A stretch of DNA of 64,000 nucleotides from the NCBI GenBank assembly GCA_022827785.1, contig JAJEIM010000031.1, forward strand, positions 32,549-96,548, in the 5' to 3' direction. Both the position numbers and the translations under genes were made by a program. Of this stretch, positions 1 through 8,669 are shown one piece after another. This stretch comes from Acidimicrobiia bacterium (GTDB lineage: Bacteria > Actinomycetota > Acidimicrobiia > Spongiisociales > Spongiisociaceae). The notes beneath the pieces were generated by a model. That model worked only from the letters and a program-made list of their open reading frames with translations, did not search any database and was not told where the DNA came from. How positions within the stretch are numbered: position 1 is the stretch's first letter; the number at the start of each line of letters is the position of its first letter.

Positions 1-595
1 GGATCTGGAGTTCGGTGGCGAGGTCCACCTGTCTGAGATGGATGTCATCGGGTACCCGGAGGACGGTGGGGGCAAAGTTCAGGATGGAGCGCACCCCGGC
101 CTCGACCAGCATGGTCGCCACCTGCTGAGCCGCCCCTGCCGGGGTGGCGATGATCCCGACCGAGATGTGCGTGGTCCGGGCATCGTCGGGTAGCCGGGAG
201 ATGTCGCGGACCTCCACCCCGCCCAGGTAGGTCCCGATCTTGGTGGGAGCGGCGTCGTAGAGCCCCACGATGCGGAAGCCCCGGTTACCGAAACCGGTGT
301 AGTTGGCCAGTGCTGAACCCAGGTTGCCGATGCCCACGACCGCCACCGGCCGGTCGGCGGTCAGGCCGAGGGCATGGCGGATCTGGTCGTTGAGTTCCGT
401 GACCTGGTACCCGACACCGCGGATCCCGAAGGTCCCGAGATAGGAGATGTCCCGCCGGACCCCGGCGGCGGTCAGGTTGCTGAGGCGGGCCAACTCGCGA
501 GAGGAGATGGTCAGTTGCGACTCTGGTAGCCGCTCGATGCATCTCAGGTAGCGCGGCAAGCGCTCGACCGTGGCCGACGGAAGGTCCGACTTCAT
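1..595 (-). CDS. rex: Redox-sensing transcriptional repressor Rex, C-terminal end cut by the window edge
   Basis: The minus-strand translation from the ATG at 595 reads MKSDLPSATVERLPRYLRCIERLPESQLTISSRELA...VAVVGIGNLGSALANYTGFGNRGFRIVGLYDAAP. This carries the Rex winged-helix motif (ATVxRLPxYLR) and a Rossmann GxGxxG. The ORF track does not list it because it runs off the window. Confidence 0.85.
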   Translation of the reverse strand, partial: MKSDLPSATVERLPRYLRCIERLPESQLTISSRELARLSNLTAAGVRRDISYLGTFGIRGVGYQVTELNDQIRHALGLTADRPVAVVGIGNLGSALANYTGFGNRGFRIVGLYDAAPTKIGTYLGGVEVRDISRLPDDARTTHISVGIIATPAGAAQQVATMLVEAGVRSILNFAPTVLRVPDDIHLRQVDLATELQI

Positions 596-738
596 CGGCG
601 AGAGGTTAACGGCGTCAGGGAGGGCCGGATCCGCCCCGAAGTCATGCGTCCAGGGGACCGCTGCCGCTTGAGGGGTGTCGGTCAAGACGCCTGCGCGGAG
701 GACTATCGTCAGAGTATGTCGACCCGGCGCCATCGGCG

Positions 739-2934
739 ATGAAGCCGACCAGGATATCGGGGAAGGGGGCCGGGCCGGGCATGCGTCGCAATACTGTCCG
801 GGTCACGCCCCTCATTGCTGCCGTGCTCGTGCTGTCCTTGCTCATTCCCGCACCACCTGTCGCAGCCGCCGAGCCGGAGGAGCGCCTGCAGCGGACCGCC
901 CAGACCGATGGCGCAGACGGAGCTCAGGCGCTACCTACCGGCCGGGTGACCTGCGAGGAGGCGTCGGCGCCCTTCGAGGTGCTGTGCGTCGTATACCGCT
1001 TGATAATCGTCAATTATGTAGATGTGGTCGACGTCGAGGAGCTAGCCTCGGCGGCGGCCCAACGGGTGAGAGGCGCTGACCTCGCCGAGCGGACCGACGG
1101 GGAACCACCGCCGTGTCCGGTGCCCTCTCCCGGATTCGAGGAGGTGTGCGAGGCGATCGACGAGATGCAAGACACCGCCGAGGCGGTCGAGGAGGCGGTC
1201 CGGGGGATGGCCGGGTCACTCGATCCCAACTCTCGCTACTTGACCGCCCGGCAATACAGCCGCTTCCGGACGCTCCTCGAAAACCGGGGGACCAGCGGCC
1301 TGGGTGTCGCGTTCAGCCTGGTGGAGAACGGTATGCCCTGCCTCACCGTGACCGCCACCTGCCGGCCGGTGATATCCGAGGTCTATGCAGGAAGCCCGGC
1401 GGAGGAGGCCGGCCTCATGGTGGGCGACGAGCTCATCGAATTGGGGGACAAGTTCCCGGCCGAACTCGGTTGCGAGGATGTGGCCCGCCTGGACCGGTTC
1501 AGGGCCGGCGAGGTGGTGCCGATCAAGGTCCGGCGTGACGCCGTCCTGACGGGAAGGATCAGGGCGGCGGCGCTGGCCATACCGGTGGCGAGGGGAATGG
1601 TCGTGGATGGCAACATCGGCTATCTCAGCCTTGACGTCTTCAGCACGGTGGCGGACGATGCGGTGGCGGAGGTGCTCGGTCAGCTGACGGATCCCCCTAT
1701 CAGCAGTCTCGTGCTGGACCTTCGCGGCAACCCTGGCGGGTACATCGACTCGGCGGTGGGCACGGCCGGCGCCTTCCTACCTGACGTGTCGGCGGTCGTG
1801 CATCTGGTGAGCAGGGAAACGGTGGAGACCGTCCGGGCCCGAGGCAGGGCGGTCTCCTCCGATCCCACCCTCCTGCCGATGGTGGTCGCGGTGGACGGCG
1901 GCAGCGCCTCGGCTTCGGAGATGGTGACCGGCGCCCTCAGCGACCAGGGTCGTGCCACGGTGGTCGGCCAGACAACCTTCGGAAAGAACACCGGCCAGTC
2001 GTCCTATCACGTCGAGCCCGGAGGCATGCTGGCCGGCGTACTCCAGATCACCACCCTCAGGTGGTTCACTCCCCTCTCCCGGAGCGTCACCGGCGGACTC
2101 AGGCCAGAGGTGACCATGGACCTGCCGTCGTGCCTGCTGCCGGCCGAGGTGGCGAGGCGCGCCGTCTCGGCGATCCGCCCGCGCATCGCAGACGTGAGCA
2201 TCACTTCGGAACCCTCGGACGGCGCGGCATACGTGGCCGGCGAGACGGTGATGGTTACCGTGACCTTCGACTCCCCGGTGGTCGTGTTCCGCAACGGTGG
2301 GAGTCCGACCATGAACATCCAGGTGGGCGACAATCGCCGCGTCGCTCTCTACGAGTCGGGCTCGGGCTCGCCGGAGCTGGTGTTCGGGTACACGGTGAGG
2401 AACAGGGATGCCGACCCGGGCGGGATCAGCATCCGCTCCGATTCGCTGCAGCCCGGCTGGGCGAAGATCGGGCTGGTGGCCGGCCTGGAAGCCATCCTGG
2501 GCCACGATGCCGTGGCCGACGATCCGCAACAGCGGGTGGCCGGCGGCCCGGCTCCGCAGACCGGCCCTGAGGTGTTCATCGATATCCGGGAAAGCACCCA
2601 CCGGACCAGCATCGAGCGGATTGTCGCCGCCGGGATCATGAACGGATGCGGCGTGGCGGAGGGCGGTGATCTGTTCTGTCCGGATGTGGCGGTGAGTAGG
2701 GCTGAGATGGCCGCCATTCTCAGCCGGGCTTTGGAGTTGCCGGCTGCGGAGGGGGATTTCTTTGTTGATGATGAGGGGTCTGTGTATGAGGATGCGATCA
2801 ATCGTCTTGCGGGGGCCGGTATCACGCATGGGTGTGATCCTGGTGGTGGTTTGTTCTGTCCGGATGTGGCGGTGAGTAGGGCTCAGATGGCCGCCTTCCT
2901 GGTGAGAGCCCTCGGGCTGGAGCCGCCTGCCTAA
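739..2934 (+). CDS. Secreted S41 family C-terminal processing peptidase with two C-terminal SLH-like repeats
   Basis: There is an N-terminal signal/TM segment (LIAAVLVLSLLIPAPPVAAA), the S41 motif DLRGNPGGYIDSAVGTAGAFL, and a PDZ-like region. Two C-terminal repeats read GCGxxxGGDLFCPDVAVSRAEMAAILSRAL, resembling S-layer-homology domains. The start could instead be the Met at 781. Confidence 0.8.
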   Translation: MKPTRISGKGAGPGMRRNTVRVTPLIAAVLVLSLLIPAPPVAAAEPEERLQRTAQTDGADGAQALPTGRVTCEEASAPFEVLCVVYRLIIVNYVDVVDVEELASAAAQRVRGADLAERTDGEPPPCPVPSPGFEEVCEAIDEMQDTAEAVEEAVRGMAGSLDPNSRYLTARQYSRFRTLLENRGTSGLGVAFSLVENGMPCLTVTATCRPVISEVYAGSPAEEAGLMVGDELIELGDKFPAELGCEDVARLDRFRAGEVVPIKVRRDAVLTGRIRAAALAIPVARGMVVDGNIGYLSLDVFSTVADDAVAEVLGQLTDPPISSLVLDLRGNPGGYIDSAVGTAGAFLPDVSAVVHLVSRETVETVRARGRAVSSDPTLLPMVVAVDGGSASASEMVTGALSDQGRATVVGQTTFGKNTGQSSYHVEPGGMLAGVLQITTLRWFTPLSRSVTGGLRPEVTMDLPSCLLPAEVARRAVSAIRPRIADVSITSEPSDGAAYVAGETVMVTVTFDSPVVVFRNGGSPTMNIQVGDNRRVALYESGSGSPELVFGYTVRNRDADPGGISIRSDSLQPGWAKIGLVAGLEAILGHDAVADDPQQRVAGGPAPQTGPEVFIDIRESTHRTSIERIVAAGIMNGCGVAEGGDLFCPDVAVSRAEMAAILSRALELPAAEGDFFVDDEGSVYEDAINRLAGAGITHGCDPGGGLFCPDVAVSRAQMAAFLVRALGLEPPA

Positions 2935-3112
2935 TCCGGGGTTCGCCTCTCCTCGCCCCGACTCATGAGGCAAGGCGAATGTCCCGAATCCCGGGTTCGT
3001 TCAAGTTCCGCGAGGTCCTGCCCTCCCCGGTGCCACGCCTAAGACAACTCACGCCATTGCCATCCCAACAGCTTTCCCACCGGAGAGCGGCGAATCGCTG
3101 ACGCAGGTCACA

Positions 3113-3350
3113 ACGAAGGGCTCGAATGTGTCACACCCCTTCTATACGTTGTCTATCGCCAAGCACCTACACCGGACGCAAGCGTCTCACCGATCGGAGC
3201 GGCCCGGCCCGCAGGGAACATTCACAGGCTCCAAAGGGCGAACCCGCCGTGACCCGGCCCCAACCCGGGCATGGCCGAACACGCCCCGAGCCAAGGACAG
3301 GTGGTGGCGGGGGAGGGCCCGGCGCGGAGCACCGATTTTCGCGACTTCAC
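3113..3350 (+). repeat. Dispersed conserved intergenic element, copy 1 of 4 (candidate structured ncRNA or MITE-like repeat)
   Basis: Core blocks are shared with the three other copies: gtcacac..tacgttg..cgccaagcacctacaccg..ccgatcgg..ggcccgcagggaaca..cccgggcatggccgaacacgc.ccga.ccaaggacaggtggtggcggggg.gggcccgg.gcgg.gcaccg.ttttcgcg. It lies between the convergent S41 and HpcH genes. Confidence 0.7.
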
Positions 3351-3454
3351 GAACTTTGGGCAGAGGACACCGCTAGCGGTGCCGTGAACCTGAGGTTCCC
3401 CGATTGCCGGTTCGCCGGCGGGCGATGCCCGTGTGCTTTCGGAGGCTTGGGGAG

Positions 3455-4255
3455 CTAGTAGAGGGCCGGGTGGGGACGTTGCTCGTCGGTGAAGGCGGCG
3501 TCGGCGATGCCCCGGGCCAGGGCGGCTCGGAAGGCGGGCAGGTCCACCACCATCGTCACCATCTGGTACCCGCGCGCCACCCGGTCCGCCGCCGTGCCGG
3601 GCGTGGCCTGGATGCCGGGGCGAACGCCGTGGCGGTTACAGGCTTCCACGACATGATCGAGCATGTCGAGGAATGGCTGGGCGCTGGTACCCGGCTTGTA
3701 TCCCATCGCCACTGCGAGGTCCGAGGGCCCGACATATGCCACATCGATTCCCGGAACCGAGAGGATGTTGTCCAGGTCATCGATGGCTTCCATGGTCTCG
3801 ATCATCGGGATGCAGGCGACATCCTCGTTGGCGCGCTCGTAATAGTCGGCGCCCTCCGTGATCAACGCTCGGCCGGCGCCGATGCTGCGGACGCCCACCG
3901 GAGGGAAGCGGGTGTACGACACCGCCGCGGCCGCCTCCTCGGCCGAGTTGACCATCGGGATGATGACTCCCATCGCCCCGGCGTCGAGGACGCGGGAGAT
4001 GTTGGCCGTGGACAGTTCCGGCACCCGCACGATCGGGGTGACATCTCCCGTGTTCAGCGCCGCCAGCATCCGCACCGTATCGTCGAAGCCGATGAAGCCG
4101 TGCTGGCAGTCGATGACTACATAATCGAGGTCGTTGGCGGCTACAGCCTCTGCCACCAGCTGGCTGGGAATCGATACCCAGCTACCCAGCGCAGGCCGGC
4201 CCGCCGCCCATTTGGAACGAAGTGGATTGGGTCGCATGGCGCCAGATATTGGCAC
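3455..4255 (-). CDS. HpcH/HpaI family 2-keto-3-deoxy-acid aldolase
   Basis: NPLRSKWAAGRPALGSWVSIPSQLVAEAVAANDLDYVVIDCQH...VRVP...IPMVNSAEEA is typical of HpcH/HpaI/GarL class II aldolases. Confidence 0.8.
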   Translation of the reverse strand: MPISGAMRPNPLRSKWAAGRPALGSWVSIPSQLVAEAVAANDLDYVVIDCQHGFIGFDDTVRMLAALNTGDVTPIVRVPELSTANISRVLDAGAMGVIIPMVNSAEEAAAAVSYTRFPPVGVRSIGAGRALITEGADYYERANEDVACIPMIETMEAIDDLDNILSVPGIDVAYVGPSDLAVAMGYKPGTSAQPFLDMLDHVVEACNRHGVRPGIQATPGTAADRVARGYQMVTMVVDLPAFRAALARGIADAAFTDEQRPHPALY

Positions 4256-4345
4256 GCGTACTCCGCGTTACCTAATCCCCGTCACGGTCCAGACCGCGTG
4301 CGGCACAGCCGGCGGGAGCCGGTAACGTGAACGCATCTTCGAGGA

Positions 4346-5152
4346 GTGCGCCTTGCATCTGCCGTATCCCATAGGTCGACCGAGTCGAGCCGGTGCGCCG
4401 GTGGCGGGGCCGGGCGCGCACGGCTGATGGAAGCCCCTCGATCCCCTAGGCGCGTGGCCATCGCGGTAGTGGTCATGCTCGTGCTGCTCGCCGGAGCGAT
4501 CGGGGTGTCCCGGCTGGTATCTGGCGACCGTGAAACGGTTGCGACCAGTGGTCCTACCGATACGTCTCCTCCAAGCGTCGACCCGGCCTCGGTCGGCACC
4601 ACCACGGCAGCAGGGGCGACCACGACCGCTCCGCCCGTCACTGAGGCCTCCGCGACTTCGACCGCGCCGGCCACCACCGCGCCGATCGATCCACCCCCCG
4701 TGCTCAAGGAGACGCATCCGCCTCTCAAGGAGATCGACGGCTGGCTCCAGGCGGACGTCACCTCGCTGGAGGAGTTGCGGGGCAAGGTGGTGATCGTGGA
4801 GTTCTGGACCTTCGGCTGTTACAACTGCAAGAACCGCCTCCCCTACACGCAGGACATCTACGCCGGCTACCGGGATCAGGGCCTCGAGATCGTCGGCATC
4901 CATTCCCCGGAGTTCGCCTACGAGAAGGAGGTGGACGCCATAGTCGAGGCTCTGGACCGGCTGGGGGTCACCTGGCCCGTCGTGCTGGACACCGATCGGC
5001 GCACCTTCCGGGAGTGGCAGGGGTCACCGGCCTACTGGCCCCGCACCTACGTGCTGGACCATCTGGGCCGGGTGCGCTTCGATCACATAGGCGAGGGGGC
5101 CTACAAGGCGCTGGAGGACACCGTGGTGGCGCTGCTGGCCGAAGTCCCGTGA
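4346..5152 (+). CDS. Membrane-anchored TlpA/ResA-like thiol-disulfide oxidoreductase (thioredoxin fold, CxxC = CYNC)
   Basis: A TM segment and a Pro/Thr/Ala-rich linker precede VVIVEFWTFGCYNCKNRLPY...VVLDTDRRTF...TYVLDHLGRV. The start is GTG at 4346 or ATG at 4427. It is translationally coupled to ccdA downstream. Confidence 0.8.
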   Translation: MRLASAVSHRSTESSRCAGGGAGRARLMEAPRSPRRVAIAVVVMLVLLAGAIGVSRLVSGDRETVATSGPTDTSPPSVDPASVGTTTAAGATTTAPPVTEASATSTAPATTAPIDPPPVLKETHPPLKEIDGWLQADVTSLEELRGKVVIVEFWTFGCYNCKNRLPYTQDIYAGYRDQGLEIVGIHSPEFAYEKEVDAIVEALDRLGVTWPVVLDTDRRTFREWQGSPAYWPRTYVLDHLGRVRFDHIGEGAYKALEDTVVALLAEVP

Positions 5153-5727
5153 GCCTCCTGGTCGAGGCGTTCCGCTCCGGACTCCTACCCTGTTCCTGGT
5201 CCATCCTGCTGCTTGCCCTACTGCTCCTCGGCCTGCGGAAACAGGGCGAGCGAGGCGAGGTGCTGGGACTCTTCTATCTGGCGACCGTACTCCTGGCCTG
5301 GCTTCCGCTGGCAGGCGTCAACCTGATGCTCGACCACCGGCTGGGAGGGGCCGCGGTCCTGGCCGCCGGTCTGGCCCTGACCGCAGGACGGTTCCGGGCC
5401 GGGGTAGGCGGCGCCGCCCTGGTGGGCGCTTTCGCCGGCGCCACCTGGGTGCCATGCGTGGGTCCCGAGTTGGGTTCGGTCCTGACCAGAGGCCTGGCCG
5501 AGCCTTCCACCGCCGTTCTTCCGCTGGCCCTCTACCTGGCCGGGGTGATGGTTCCATCGGCCCTGATCTACCTGCTGGCGGCGAAGGATGCCGGCTTCCG
5601 GAGGCTCCTGGAACGCCCCCGGGTCAGGATCGGCTTCAAGGTGGCGGCGGCACTGCTGCCCGTCGCGGTGGCTACGGGCGTCCACGACCGGCTGGTGGGA
5701 GAGCTGGCCCGCCTCTCCAACCTGTAG
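5149..5727 (+). CDS. ccdA: Cytochrome c biogenesis / disulfide-reductant transporter CcdA (DsbD family)
   Basis: The GTG at 5149 overlaps the upstream stop (GTGA). CcdA has two Cys motifs: LPCSWSIL and TWVPCVGPELGS. The protein is polytopic. Confidence 0.75.
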   Translation: MSLLVEAFRSGLLPCSWSILLLALLLLGLRKQGERGEVLGLFYLATVLLAWLPLAGVNLMLDHRLGGAAVLAAGLALTAGRFRAGVGGAALVGAFAGATWVPCVGPELGSVLTRGLAEPSTAVLPLALYLAGVMVPSALIYLLAAKDAGFRRLLERPRVRIGFKVAAALLPVAVATGVHDRLVGELARLSNL

Positions 5728-5877
5728 CAGTGGACCGGAATCGGTCGTACACCGACGCTCCGGCCGCAACGAAGCGCTTCCGGGACTTCCACAAGCAATA
5801 ACTGCCTGAGCTACCCAATCCCCACGGATGGGCCAACCCAAAGGTAGGACCGCGGCCGTCTAGCATTCTTGTTTCTC

Positions 5878-7152
5878 ATGGGCATTTCTCCATCCGATAC
5901 TCCTGTGGCCGGCGCGATGCGGGGCACCCCGCATGGCGGGAACGCGCTGGGGGTCGTGGTCGGGGAGGTGGCGTTTCCCCCCGGGTTCGGGCTGCATACC
6001 GGCAACATCGGGATCAAGGACCGGACCGAGGACGTGATGATCCTCTCCGCCCCACCGGGAACGACGGCCGCCGGGGTCTTCACCAAGAGCCGTTTCTCGG
6101 GGCCGAGCATCACGCTGAGTCGAGCCCATGTCGCCGATGGTCGGGCCCGCGCGGTGGTGATCATCTCGAAGAACGCCAACGTGGCCACCGGAGCGGTGGG
6201 GGATGAGAACGCGGCGGAGGTGGCCGAGCTCACCGCCCGAGTGGTGGGTTGTGACACGCCCGAGGTGATCGTCGCCTCCACCGGCGTGATCGGCGTTCGC
6301 TATCCGATGGACCGGATCCGCGCCTACATGACCCGCCTCGGAACCACCGGTGACGATGCGTTCGATGAGCCCGGTTCGGCCACCACGGCGGCCACCGCCA
6401 TCATGACCACCGACACCCACGCCAAGGTGGCGACCGCCCGCGCCGGCCCGGCTCGGGTGGTGGGTATCGCCAAGGGGGTGGGGATGATCGAGCCCGACAT
6501 GGCGACGATGCTGGCTGTCATCACCACCGACGCGGCCGCCGAACCGGCCTCCCTCGATGCCATGTTCCGGCGGGTGGTGGACCGCACGTTCAACGCCGTG
6601 AGCATCGACACCGACACCTCCACCAGCGACATGGCGGTCGTGCTCGCCTCGGGCCGGGCCGGGCGCGTGGAGCGGACCGCGCTGGAGGACGCCCTGGGCG
6701 AGGTGTGCCTGGACCTGACCAGGCAGTTGGCGGCCGACGGTGAGGGCGCCGAGACTCTCATCGTGGTGACGGTGGAAGGCGCCGGGGACGATGCCCAGGC
6801 CAAGCGGGTGGCCAAGTCGATCGTCAACTCACCTCTGGTGAAGACGGCGGTCCACGGCCGTGATCCCAACTGGGGCCGGGTCGCGATGGCGGTGGGGAAG
6901 TGCTACGAGGATGACATCCTGGCGGATCGGATCACTATCCGCTTCGGGGGGACGGAGGTCTATCCGGCGCCGATCACGCCCGAGGTGCTGGAGGAGCTGG
7001 AGCGGTACCTGGCGTCTCCGGAAGTGCTCATCCATGTCGACCTGGGTGTGCCGGGGGACGGTCCGGGCTCCCAGGGGACGGGCGCCTTCACCGTGTACGG
7101 GTGCGACCTGACCGACGGTTACGTGCGCATCAACGCCGACTACACGACTTAG
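5878..7152 (+). CDS. argJ: Bifunctional ornithine acetyltransferase / N-acetylglutamate synthase ArgJ
   Basis: PPGFGLHTGNIGIK, the autoproteolytic site PDMATMLAVITTDA (cleaved at A|TML), and the C-terminus YVRINADYTT all fit ArgJ. An AT-rich patch just upstream looks like a promoter. The start could also be 5869 (TTG) or 5917. Confidence 0.8.
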   Translation: MGISPSDTPVAGAMRGTPHGGNALGVVVGEVAFPPGFGLHTGNIGIKDRTEDVMILSAPPGTTAAGVFTKSRFSGPSITLSRAHVADGRARAVVIISKNANVATGAVGDENAAEVAELTARVVGCDTPEVIVASTGVIGVRYPMDRIRAYMTRLGTTGDDAFDEPGSATTAATAIMTTDTHAKVATARAGPARVVGIAKGVGMIEPDMATMLAVITTDAAAEPASLDAMFRRVVDRTFNAVSIDTDTSTSDMAVVLASGRAGRVERTALEDALGEVCLDLTRQLAADGEGAETLIVVTVEGAGDDAQAKRVAKSIVNSPLVKTAVHGRDPNWGRVAMAVGKCYEDDILADRITIRFGGTEVYPAPITPEVLEELERYLASPEVLIHVDLGVPGDGPGSQGTGAFTVYGCDLTDGYVRINADYTT

Positions 7153-7184
7153 GAACGCGGCCGCGTCCCCGTCACTCCGCCTAG

Positions 7185-7676
7185 CTAGCTGTCCGCCTGG
7201 GCGGGTTCGGGGATCAGCAGCACCGGCAGGCTGGACCTGGCGGTAACGGTCATCGACACGCTGGTCCAGGACATCTCGTTGAACAGGCGTCGGGTGGCGC
7301 CCATCACGATGGCGTCGGCGCCCACCCGATCGGCGGTGTCGATGATGGCCTGCGCCACGTCCTCAGCCTCCACGAAGAGCGTCGCGGGCGCGACGTCTCG
7401 AAGCTTCAGCGCCGCCACCACCGGAGCCACGATCTTCGAGCCCCGCTCCTGTATGTACCGGTCGGCCTGCCGTGCGGCGCGGTCGGGGTCGCTCCGGCCC
7501 GCCGGAGCATCGAAGGGCCGCCAAGGGCCGTCCTCGAATTCATCGAGAAAATCGGCTGGAGCCTGGGTCACGTTCATGACGATGACCTTCCCCCGGGGAC
7601 CCGCCAGCAACTCCACGAAGTCGGCGACCGGCCCCGGCGGTAGCACCCCGGCCGTGGCGACCAGCACGTTCATCAA
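7185..7676 (-). CDS. Universal stress protein (UspA family)
   Basis: MMNVLVATAG...ADAIVMGATRRLFNEMSWTSVSMTVTARSSLPVLLIP has the USP fold and a G-rich ATP loop. Confidence 0.75.
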   Translation of the reverse strand: MMNVLVATAGVLPPGPVADFVELLAGPRGKVIVMNVTQAPADFLDEFEDGPWRPFDAPAGRSDPDRAARQADRYIQERGSKIVAPVVAALKLRDVAPATLFVEAEDVAQAIIDTADRVGADAIVMGATRRLFNEMSWTSVSMTVTARSSLPVLLIPEPAQADS

Positions 7677-7766
7677 GCTGAATCTAGTGGCAGATCACTA
7701 CCCAGGGCCTGCCGGATACGCCTGTCAGACGGCGTTTCGGCCTCTCCGCGGCTGTGCGCTCGGCAT

Positions 7767-8669
7767 TCAGGGTGGCGGAGCGTCGGCCAGACGGGTCATC
7801 CTGACGTCCACATCCAGGCCGGAGTTGGCGCCTCCTTCCACCACCCCGCGGGTCGGCGGGACATCCCGATAGTCCCGGCCGACCGCTGTTCGCACGTAGC
7901 GGTGGTCGACCAGCGTGCGGTTGGTGGGGTCGAACTCCACCCATCCCAGTTCGGGGAGCCGGCATTCGACCCAGGCATGGGTTGCGGTGCTGGCCGGCCC
8001 GTGCACCCCGTCCGGAGCGTCGTCCACATGTAGGTAGCCGGACACGTAGCGCGCGGGGACGCCCCATGAACGGGCGATCGCGATCATGACGTGGGCATAG
8101 TCCTGGCACACGCCCCTCCGGGTCGAAAGGATCTCGTCGATCGGCGAATCCACCGATGTCGAGCCCGACACGTAGTCGAAGTTGTCGTTCAAGGCTAGGG
8201 CGAGTCCCACCAGATCGGTCAGCGGATCGGACCCCGGCTCGATTCCTGTCTCGGCGACGAAGCCGGTGAGGGCCGGAGTGGGACCGGCGCCGGGACTCGG
8301 GTTAGTGAATTGCCAGGAGGCCAGGTCGGTGGCCCACGATCGCACCACTTCCCACGCTTCTGGCCCGAGGCGTTGCGGCAGTGCCGGCGAGGGGGACACC
8401 TCGACGGTGGAGACGGAGACCACCTCAAGGGTGTCGTGCGTCTCGTTCACGGTGAGGACGTGCCTGGTGTTGCCGAACGGGTCGGTCTCGGCGGTCAGCC
8501 GCCCCGTAGGGGAGGTGGTGATCGCGAACTCCAGTACCCGCTGGCGGTCGCCGTCGAGGGGCCGGAGGCAGAGCGACATGGCGCATCTCCGCACGGAAGA
8601 GATATAGCCGAATCTGGTGAGGTGCTCGATCCGGTAGCGTGTCGCACGAGCCGGACCCGCACTGCTCAC
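7767..8669 (-). CDS. Transglutaminase-like cysteine protease family protein with Bact_transglu_N domain
   Basis: RYRIEHLTRFGYISSVRRCAMSLCLRP matches the bacterial transglutaminase N-terminal domain. The core RRGVCQDYAHVMIAIARSWGVPARYVSGY...H...D gives the Cys-His-Asp triad context. Confidence 0.8.
   Translation of the reverse strand: MSSAGPARATRYRIEHLTRFGYISSVRRCAMSLCLRPLDGDRQRVLEFAITTSPTGRLTAETDPFGNTRHVLTVNETHDTLEVVSVSTVEVSPSPALPQRLGPEAWEVVRSWATDLASWQFTNPSPGAGPTPALTGFVAETGIEPGSDPLTDLVGLALALNDNFDYVSGSTSVDSPIDEILSTRRGVCQDYAHVMIAIARSWGVPARYVSGYLHVDDAPDGVHGPASTATHAWVECRLPELGWVEFDPTNRTLVDHRYVRTAVGRDYRDVPPTRGVVEGGANSGLDVDVRMTRLADAPPP

Noticed and set aside
1777-2973. Long antisense or alternative-frame ORFs inside confidently assigned genes, for example the 398-aa minus ORF 1777..2973 inside the S41 gene, the 730-aa plus ORF 16209..18401 opposite lhr/btpA, and the 343-aa ORF 22580..23611 inside the VWA gene
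   Set aside because: Their translations are Arg/Pro/Gly-rich low-complexity sequences typical of spurious ORFs in about 70% GC DNA. The opposite-strand or alternate-frame gene has clear family motifs in each case.
3128-3376. 82-95 codon ORFs inside the dispersed repeats, called as real protein-coding genes
   Set aside because: Conservation among copies is at the nucleotide level, with clustered indels, one frame-breaking change in copy 4, and no start-codon/RBS context. They are kept only as a low-probability alternative in the findings.
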